Assembly (NCBI GenBank): GCA_951406725.2
Contig: OX597819.1
Coordinates: forward strand, 68,758,001-68,822,000
DNA: 64,000 bases
Source: Octopus vulgaris
Lineage: Eukaryota
Direction: 5' to 3'
This document shows, one piece after another, positions 55,048 to 64,000 of this stretch. The notes beneath the pieces are model-generated. The model made no database searches. It saw only the letters and a list, made by a program, of their open reading frames with translations, and was not told the DNA's origin. The position numbers and the translations under genes are program-made. Each line of letters begins with the position of its first letter. Position 1 is the stretch's first letter.

Positions 55048-55230
55048 CAGTTCTATATTTAAGGGATGGGGAATTATTTACGTTATTTACATTTGACGGA
55101 TATTTTTCCTCATTTTGTTTGTTGTTAACACGTTTCGGCTGATATACCTTCCAGCTTTCATCACGTGTCTTGGGGAAATTTCAAACCTGGGTTCTCATTC
55201 CTAAGGTATTTTTCGATGTTATTACTATTT
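55048..55230 (-). mobile_element. Second family H3 copy (3' part) with HHR motif at 55127-55168
   Basis: Aligns to 15608-15775; reverse strand ACAC GTGATGA A AGCTG gaaggtatat CAGCC GAAAC GT. Confidence 0.78.
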
Positions 55231-55231
55231 T

Positions 55232-55760
55232 TTTCCTTCATTCTTCAAATTGTCTTCCGTTTCCCGCTGAGTGTTTTCCGTACACCTAGAGAAGAGAAGC
55301 TCAATGTATGCATTCCCAAATTACACAAGCAAATTCACAGGTAAAATATGTATTTAAAAATTCAATAAATAAATAAATTCATGAATGGATATTGTTTTCA
55401 CAGAGATAATGCTCTTCTCAGTACATGAGATGTTTGAGTTAACACGATTTTTTGCACTTCCTGTAGGGATGGTAAGTCTTGTGTCATTTTCAAATTGGTT
55501 TCAGTACCTTTTTGTATCCTTCCTAGTTATCCTACAATTACTGGTACTGGTACATCGCCTTGAGATGACACATTTTTTCAATTTCTATTAGCAAGTCTTT
55601 ATATTTACTGATCTTGTCAAATTCTTTCACGGCTACATTGTGAACGCAAGGAATACTCCTGTCAATTAATAAACACATCTTTTTGATCAGATCTTTTATA
55701 ATAGACATATTTCTCATAATGTCACATTACATACCTTATAATTATCGAAAGATTTGATTT
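55232..55760 (-). pseudogene. R4/Dong-type retrotransposon 3' end (RLE domain + 3' UTR)
   Basis: Reverse strand IIKD..KMCLLIDRSIPCVHNVAVKEFDKISKYK...EKMCHLK..VPVIVG*LG...LQEVQKIVLTQTSHVLRRALSL*. Confidence 0.82.
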
Positions 55761-56055
55761 TTTACGATATACACTTAATTCATTAGAGTCATTTCTCGAT
55801 GAGATTTCTTTAAAAATGAAACCACTGAGCATTATTATATATCTCAATATTGCACGATTCAATTTAATAGGTGGCCCCTTCCTAACGATTTCGATCATGT
55901 AATAATGTTAATTATTGTACAGTTATTATACGTCAGATTATTGGATGATTGCATATATTACATATATTTACGAGATTCCGCTTGTTGTTCTATTATGTTT
56001 AAAACAAACATAACTATACAGCTCAACTCTAATCTTAAGTAGATATGTTTCATTT

Positions 56056-56094
<39 letters not shown>

Positions 56095-56488
56095 ATTAGA
56101 GATAAAACCACTATTAGGCAAATCAAACAGTGAAAAACATAAGCCAATACATAAAATTAATTTTAAAATATAAAAGTTAAAAATTAAAAAATTATTAAAA
56201 TAATTTAAACTTATAAATTTTAAATACATATATATATATATATATATATATTTAATGTAGGATAAACTTGTTTTCGAAAAAAATTTTTATCAATCGCCAG
56301 CATATTAAAAAATACCTTTTAAAGGTTAAAATTATAAGCTACTTATAAATAAGGGCAAACGAAAAAATTTCTAATGCCAAATATGCCGGAAAATTGGACA
56401 TATTGTCCATTACCATATAATTTTTCACAGAACGCACGATACTCGAAAAAAACCGACAGAAATTTCTAAAAAATTCCATTATTACCAT

Positions 56489-56539
56489 ATCGGACCGATT
56501 TCAGGGTTAGTTCATAAGAACCCTCCCTTCGTCGGTGAT
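56489..56539 (-). ncRNA. Type I hammerhead motif (left arm)
   Basis: ATCA CCGACGA AGGG agg GTTC ttat GAAC taa CCCT GAAA TCG GTC CGAT. Confidence 0.7.
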
Positions 56540-57209
56540 AAATGTGGTAAAGAAATAAATCAGATACTTACTCATACCCATGGAAGAAGCAAAACACTAA
56601 GTCATGAGCACAACTAAGTACCCCAAATACAACCAAAATAGAAATACTCCAACCCATTCGAGCCACGTGCGATTTGAACTGAGGCTCTCACAGAGTGAGA
56701 GAGTACGGAAGTGAAGACTTAAATTTATATTTAATGTAGGATAAAATTTTTTCGAAAAAAAATTTTGTTAATGGCCAGCATATTAAAAAATACCTTTTAA
56801 AGGTTAAAATTATAAACTTCTTTTTTCGAGTAGCGTGCGTTCTCTGAAACATTATATGGTAATGGAGATATGTCCAATTTTTCGGCATGTTTGGCATTAA
56901 AAATTTTTTCGTTTGCCCTTATTTATAAGTAATTTATAATTTTACCTTTAAAAGGTATTTTTTAATAAGCTGGCCATTAACAAAATTTTTTTTCGAAAAT
57001 AATTTTATCTTACATTAAATATAAATTTAAGTGTTCACTTCCGGACTCTCTCACTCTGTGAGAGCCTCAGTTCAAATCGCACGTGTCTCGAATGGGCTGG
57101 AATATTTCTATTTTGGATGTATTTGGGGTACTTAGTTGTGCACATGACTTAGTGTTTTGCTTCATCCATGGGTATGAGTAAGTATCTGATTTATTTCTTT
57201 ACCACATTT

Positions 57210-57260
57210 ATCACTGACAAAGGGAGGGTTCTTACGAACTAACGCTGAAATCAGTCCGAT
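57210..57260 (+). ncRNA. Type I hammerhead motif (right arm)
   Basis: ATCA CTGACAA AGGG agg GTTC ttac GAAC taa CGCT GAAA TCA GTC CGAT; consensus with left copy = CTGACGA core. Confidence 0.65.
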
Positions 57261-58236
57261 ATGGTAATAATGGAATTTTTTAGAAATTTCTGTCGGTTTT
57301 TTTCGAGTATCGTGCGTTCTGTGAAAAATTATATGGTAATGGACAATATGTCCAATTTTCCGGCATATTTGGCATTAGAAATTTTTTCGTTTGCCCTTAT
57401 TTATAAGTAGTATATATATATAAAATACATTGAAGATGAACTTGAATCTTGTTTGCTTGCTTGCAATGTTACAAAGCCAAACTGTCGCATAATGGCAAAC
57501 TATTTTGAAAGTAAAGTGTCCCTCAATTGTGAACGCAAACGGAATAAAACAATTTTCGCGAAATCGGACCAGTGGCTATTGATATATTCGGGTTTTGGAG
57601 AATAAATATTCAAACGGTGCTTAATGGGAAAACACTCTGAAAACCACAATCCTGAAAGGCTAGAATCTCAAACCTTTCCATTAGACATTATGATCACCAA
57701 ATTGTTTTAAAGTGAATTTGAATTTAAAAATATGGTAAATATTTCGTAAAAGACCTGTTCGTAACCTCGTTGTGAAATAGTTTTTTTACCCTAGGTTTCT
57801 TTCGTGTGCATTCAGTGTATCTCACCGCAAAATATTCGGTTGCTATTTCTAGCAAACCCTGCTATAAAAGCACCACAGGTGGCGGTAGCAGTTTCATTAC
57901 ACATGTCTTCACTATGGGCAGCAACAGCTCCTGTATTCAAGATAAGGTTTTCATTTCTTACAACGTTATATTTACCTATCTGTCTGTCTTTCTATCTTTC
58001 TGTCTGTCTGTATGTTTGTCTATCTATTTATCTATCTACATATCTATCTAAGCGCTTTTATGTGTTTTAACTCGTAATTCTTTTATTTCTTCTGTTTTGA
58101 ATACGATACATTTCTTTCTGCAAGCGTTCTCATTCGTTTGAAGTTATTACCCATTGCTGTCTACAAAAGTTCTTCTTTCACTCCTATTACTTTCTTTACG
58201 TCAGTTCGACTTCAAAAGAAATGGATTCAGAGTTGC

Positions 58237-58392
<156 letters not shown>

Positions 58393-58544
58393 TGATCCCT
58401 CTATGTAAGCGTTCTTATTTATTTTAACCCATATTTCTTTCATTTGTTTTCTAACGTAAATACGATACATTTCTTTCTGCAAGGTTTGCGGTTTTTTCGT
58501 GTCCCTTGAATTATTGGTGACTCACCGGGTCACGGGTAGTCCAG

Positions 58545-58602
<58 letters not shown>

Positions 58603-58605
58603 GTA

Positions 58606-58644
<39 letters not shown>

Positions 58645-58654
58645 TGTGTATCTA

Positions 58655-58790
58655 TCTATGTCCCTTACTGTAGAAGAGCGTAGGATCGAAACGTAAAAGA
58701 CTCTTTCTATTCCTGAGCGTTATACTAATACATCTGTTTGTTTTGTACACCACCTGTCTTCGTCTTTTGTTTTTTGCGAAACTCTCCCTA
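58655..58790 (+). mobile_element. Family H2 short element with HHR-like motif (58664-58699)
   Basis: CTTA CTGTAGA A GAGC gtag GATC GAAAC GTA AAAG; between (TG)n and (TA)n. Confidence 0.75.
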
Positions 58791-58796
58791 TATATA

Positions 58797-58830
<34 letters not shown>

Positions 58831-58945
58831 GTGTAATAAATAAAATATATGCATACATACAAACATATATGTACGTACCTACATCTACATGTATGTATAC
58901 ATGCATATATAAATATATATACGTGAGTACAGAACACCACAACTA

Positions 58946-59060
58946 GACGTAGAAGTCAACGAGAAACGAAAACGGAAAAAACATTTTTTTACAACAGAAA
59001 AACAGAGACGTAGAACTCAACGAGAAACGAAAACGGAAAACCATTGTTTTACAACAAAAA
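58946..59060. repeat. ~60-bp tandem duplication
   Basis: agacgtagaa(g/c)tcaacgagaaacgaaaacggaaaa...acaaca x2. Confidence 0.85.
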
Positions 59061-59636
59061 ATGACAGAGTACAGGACATACTACACAAGGAAAAATCCCC
59101 TATCATCAGCTCTCACTAGTTCGACTCCAGCGTGTTTCGAAGGCAAGACAGGACACGACTCGCCAAACCAGTCCTTCCTACGAGAGAATTAAAATAAAAT
59201 TACCTCGCAGAGGGTTAAAAACAAGCAAGAAAAAATGTAACACAAACAGGACGTAAAAACGATACAAATAAGACTACAAAATAAAATACAAGATAAAAAT
59301 ACATGTACAAGAAAATACAATAAGAGAAATAAAAAGAAAATACAATACGAGAAATCAAAATAAACAAGAAAGCAAACGAGAAAACAAACGAAAAGGCTTT
59401 TTTTTGGCTTAGACGGAGGAGGTTCTAGCAGCGCATGGGAACACAAATGTTTATCTTTACAGTTTGAAAGCCGCGTGTAAAAGGAAGTATTTTTGGCTAG
59501 CAGTGACAAAGATGAGGAAGAGTGAGAGAGCGAGAGATAGAGGAAGACAAGCGGCCGAGAGAGAGATGAAGAAGAGTGAGAGAGAGAGAGAGAGTAGGGA
59601 AGGTAAGGCAAAGACATAAAGAATTTCGCGTCATAA

Positions 59637-60149
59637 TCTATATATATAAAACTGTAGTTGTGTGAGTGTCTGTCCCCTTCGATTTAGATTCCTAACTACT
59701 CCCACATTTTGCGGTGCAGTTTAACCAAATTCGGGTATCTTATAGTCGTGATTCATATCGAGCCCGTCTGAGTATTAGCGCGCGTCTACGATGAGTCTAC
59801 GATTTTAAAAATAATTTAACATAATTTTTTATTCCATTTTAATGCATAATTTTTCGTGTGTCGATGGCGGCGGAGTTGGCGTCCATGGTCACACCTGCAC
59901 CTGTTTGCTTCTCCCCCTTCTTCCCTCCCTCGTGAATCTGTGGGGAAGGGAGTGTAAGGAAATCAACGTTGTAAAGCGTTGTCAAGGAGACCAGCGTTCT
60001 TTTAGAACAACGACTTCATGGCTTGAAGACACCAAAACAGAAATGGCTAAGAAAGCCCGAATTGGCATCTATAAGGGAAGTAACTCTCTAAAAATGCGTA
60101 TATGGTTATTTCCCTTACAAACCCGAGCAACGCCGGGCGATACTGCTAG
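59637..60149 (+). mobile_element. Non-autonomous Helitron
   Basis: A|TCTATATATATAAAA 5' end; 3' cccg-agcaacgc-cggg hairpin followed by cgatactgCTAG; CpG-rich interior suggests a young copy. Confidence 0.85.
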
Positions 60150-60406
60150 ATATATATAAAACAGTACTGGGAGAATAAGAAACGGAACATATATGTATGT
60201 ATATGTATATAGATGTATATACATCTGTGTATCTACGAATCAAAAATTCCTTGGTTTATCACGTAAAAGATGAAGTCATGTCGAAGTCGTAGAATAAGCG
60301 CAATTATATAAATATTAGAGACTTCACATTCATCTTGATTCTGTTCAAAGGAGATAATTCAGTTACCATGCAGCATCTGTCAACGAACGTCACTCACTAA
60401 TTATGA

Positions 60407-60614
60407 TTTTCTACGCTAGGGACAAGGTCCGAAATTTTTGTGGAGGGGCCCAGCCGATTAGATTGACCCCAGTACACAACTGGTACTTAATTTATCGACC
60501 CCTAAACAATGAAAAGTTGACCTCGGTGGAATTTGAACTCAGAACGTAAAGACGGACGAAATTTCGCTAAGCAATTCGCCTGCCGTGTTAACATTTCTGC
60601 CAGCTCACCGCCTT
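60407..60614 (-). mobile_element. SINE family B, near full length
   Basis: Aligns with 7907-8119. Confidence 0.88.
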
Positions 60615-60866
60615 GTCACTCACTAAGTATTGCTCAACGCCGGACTGTAATAGCGGACACTTACCCAAGATGCTTCACAGTAGATTTTTAATAGATTTTG
60701 ATATCTTTAGTATTTGTAAACCCTATACGATTGGTGTCTCTTTTTTCTCGACTCTCATTAAATTTGGTTTCTTCATTTTCCGTCTTCTCTACTTTTCGCT
60801 GTTTGTTAATTATTTTTATTAGATTTCATGTAATAAATTTGATACAGATTAAATTTAACATCTATA

Positions 60867-61047
60867 GGTGCAGGAATAGATCTGCAGTGAAGTAGATTGC
60901 CTTGCAGCTGTGTGGTTTTGGGTTCATTCTCACAGTGACACACCTTTGCTAAGTGTCTTCTGCTTTAGTCTCGGACCGACCCGTAGGCTGCTAATAAATT
61001 TCGTCGACGGAAACAGTCTCGAAGACCATCCTCCCTCCCTCCCTCCC

Positions 61048-61087
<40 letters not shown>

Positions 61088-61100
61088 AGTCTCTTTCTCT

Positions 61101-61193
<93 letters not shown>

Positions 61194-61465
61194 ATCGAAA
61201 TCTCAACTCAAAAAATAACAGTGCATGAGGAACTGAAAGCAACGTGAATAAATACGTCAGACCCAATAATGTGAATGATAATGGGTTAAGTCCCTGTAGG
61301 TTAGCGCTTCAGTTAAAGAGAGCGATATAGTAAGTACCAGACTAAAGAATACAGCAAAACAAGGAAAACAACATTAGAACGGAGATTGATTTATATAACT
61401 ATAAGCCTTCGTGATAATTGCTACAGCATGGCGGCAATCCAATGACTAAAGCAGGTGAACGGATT
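60867..61465 (+). mobile_element. Diverged SINE family A with microsatellite centre
   Basis: ggtgcaggaata...gggttcattctcac...ggaccgacc...; tail cagcatggcggcaatccaatgactaaagcagg. Confidence 0.55.
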
Positions 61466-62310
61466 ATAGATAACAGACAAAAGTTTTATCTCAGTTTCGC
61501 TGTAAAATATTTTGACTTTTCACTTCTCAACATTAAAGTTCTTCTTACACATTTCGCCTGCATTGTCTTCGAATTTGTTAACATCCACGAGATTTCCTAT
61601 TGAAATAGTATTTGTAACAAATGTGTTTATACCAACCTGATAACAGTTTTCAATCTATAGAATCTTAATCTTCGTTCATAATCGCTTTATATTTAACGTA
61701 TCACAAACAATTTTCAAAGTAACTGAATTATCTCCTTTGAACAGAATCAAGATGAATGTGAAGTCTCTAATATTTATATAATTGCGCTTGCTCTACGACT
61801 TCGACATGACTTCATCTTTTACGTGATAAACCAAGGAATTATTGATGCAAAATCTACAATGCTCATCACATTTCGGTTATTTGATATTGATGGTGCGGTT
61901 CGGAATATTCCGCGTTCCATAAAATAGTTAAAGCTTCTATCATTTACTTGTTTCTCTCATTGGACTGTGTCCAGTGACAGGCAACATCTTGGAAGAATTT
62001 TTTCGAATAAATTGCCACCACAAGATGTTTGTTTATACAGTTTGGTATATAGATTCAAAGTGTCTTTTGCCAAACTTCAAACTTACGTCGTGGTAAACAA
62101 ACCAGCACCAGCACCACATATAATGCCATGATATCAGCGAACGCAAATATACACACGCTTGCGCATGCGCGCGCACACACAAACACTCACACACACATAT
62201 ATATATATATATACAGATATATATTTCTTTATTACTTTATTTACTTGTATCAGTATAGGTATCGGCGTATGTATATATATATTGTATATGTATATACCAA
62301 GAGACACTCA

Positions 62311-62351
<41 letters not shown>

Positions 62352-63177
62352 TAATATACACACACACACGCTCACATACATGCGACTGCTTTTGCAGAGT
62401 TTACAAAATGGCTGTGGAGATTTTAGAACATTCATAAATAGGTCTTACTGCTGTTTCCAGAATATTTAATTACATCCCTTCATTGGAGTCGGTCTGAGAA
62501 AATGGTTAAGCAATAGTCAATTTAGATAAGATATAAAATGAAGACTGAAATGAAGGAATGAAAATAGATGTGAGATATGCAGGTATATTTCATTTGTAGA
62601 TCCATTATTTAGGCAAAATGGTATGCATATAAGATTCCAATACCTTGTGAGTGAATTCCAATAGTACTTAAAATTGGTCATTCCAAGTATAGAGTTTGTA
62701 CACAGTGCTATTGAATCGAGGGTTTATTTAAAATGACGTAAAATTAAGGAATGTATTTGTAAGTTCAAATCGAAAACTGACCACTAACTGGTACACTTTC
62801 TGTCACTTCATCTCTTTATTATCCTTCTCCTTTTCTTTTTTCTTTCCTTTTGTCTTCTTTTTTTCTTTATTCCTCTCTTCCCGTTTTCGATTTAACCTTA
62901 CATATACATTCCCTACTTTTAGGTCACTTTAAATGCTGTAATTCCTATTTAGAAATGTTCTAAAATATTCACAGCCCTTGTTTTTATCTCATTCTGAAAA
63001 AGAAATTGTATATATACGCATGCTGATATATGATATACGTTGGACTCCTTATTCGCATATTCACTGAACCCGGAGCTTAACTATGGTCTGTCCATAGCAC
63101 TTACTCAGCATTATCTGACAGCTTTTGGGTCTTATGGACACCATTACCTCTCATAACATCTATATGTGACTATATAT

Positions 63178-63217
<40 letters not shown>

Positions 63218-64000
63218 GAATGTATGAATATATATATATATACTCATATATATGCATATTATTATTATTATTATTATTATTTTCTTTGCATGTGAGTACT
63301 AGTTTCTTACAGTTCACTAGCACACCGCAAGAAGGCAAACCTTACGACATGCTACGGATGTAGTTAACATTTGGCTATAAAGTCAAATGCAGGATTCCAG
63401 CTGTTATAGTGGACATGTTTTAGCAACAGACTCTTGTAAACTCACCATGCATTCACTAGAAGCAGATGTCGCAAGAAACTATCATCAACACATTACAAAA
63501 CACAGATCGACATTAGTAGAGGATGCCTTTTTCAGAATGTATTAAATTCTTCAGAAAATCAAGAAAGAAAATTAATCATCATGCTAATACTGATATCGCA
63601 ACATGATGACAAAATACACACGCAAACACACACACATCAAAACAGTTGTCTTGTGGCTTCTGGCAGGAAAATCTAACAATCAAATAGTATGACTACAACA
63701 AAGGAATTTTATATGCGACTCCTGATTTGGACGATTAACTCGGAATAATACATCGGCGGAAAAATATGCATAAACTATAACGAAAACATAATACTGGTGA
63801 ACATAGGGTGTAAGCAGCCGGTAACAGCCCTTGTGTCCTCTCCACCCAAGCCAAGTGGGTTCCCATGTATATGCGGGCTGAAATAGTAGACCCAAAGATC
63901 CACCGTCCCCCACTTTATATAATCGTAACGTATAATAGTAAGGAAATATCCAAAGCCTTTCTGTCCCTATCTTCGCTACATCAGAAACAATACTAATGCT

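Larger units (their letters stand above)
56251..57410. repeat. ~478-bp HHR-containing tandem unit in two inverted partial-dimer arms (56251-56815 minus; 56821-57410 plus)
   Basis: Direct periodicity 56251/56730 and 56821/57298; inverted pairing 56339-56815 with 56934-57410; (TA)n on both outer flanks. Confidence 0.92.
60239..61846. repeat. 128-bp near-identical inverted repeats (60239-60366 / 61719-61846) enclosing 1.35 kb
   Basis: atcaaaaattccttggtttatcacg...gagataattcagttac vs gtaactgaattatctc...aaccaaggaattattgat; about 3 differences. Confidence 0.92.

Noticed and set aside
63680-63913. 77-aa minus-strand ORF as a membrane-protein exon
   Set aside because: No recognisable family motif or supported splice sites.

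Overview
Eukaryotic, AT-rich, microsatellite-saturated genomic DNA with no recognisable host gene. The tRNA-headed SINE families resemble those I recognise from Octopus (cephalopod) genomes; this is an inference, not a search result. Almost all long ORFs in the track are microsatellite artefacts. Real coding remnants are all transposon-derived: a mariner 3' end (1-289), a decayed Tx1/L1 LINE (~2293-4350), two R4/Dong-type RLE 3' ends (20086-20445, 55232-55760), RTE fragments, and a young, 5'-truncated Neptune-type Penelope-like element (PLE; 44280-47851, RT + Cys linker + GIY-YIG). Also present are two non-autonomous Helitrons and more than 20 SINE copies. The most notable hidden layer is about 15 minimal hammerhead-ribozyme (HHR) motifs, read by eye, in short elements mostly embedded in or next to microsatellites. 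These include families with consistently variant cores (CCGACGA, CUGUNGA), a tRNA-headed SINE carrying an HHR, and a ~478-bp retrozyme-like repeat folded into a large inverted repeat whose arms become 100% identical from the predicted cleavage site onward. The PLE also shows an upstream N/Q/H-rich ORF joined to the RT frame by an in-phase U-UUU-UUA -1 slippery site, and a 3' promoter made of five fixed-spacing CCAAT/CRE modules plus TATA and Inr. All alignments and folds were done by eye.
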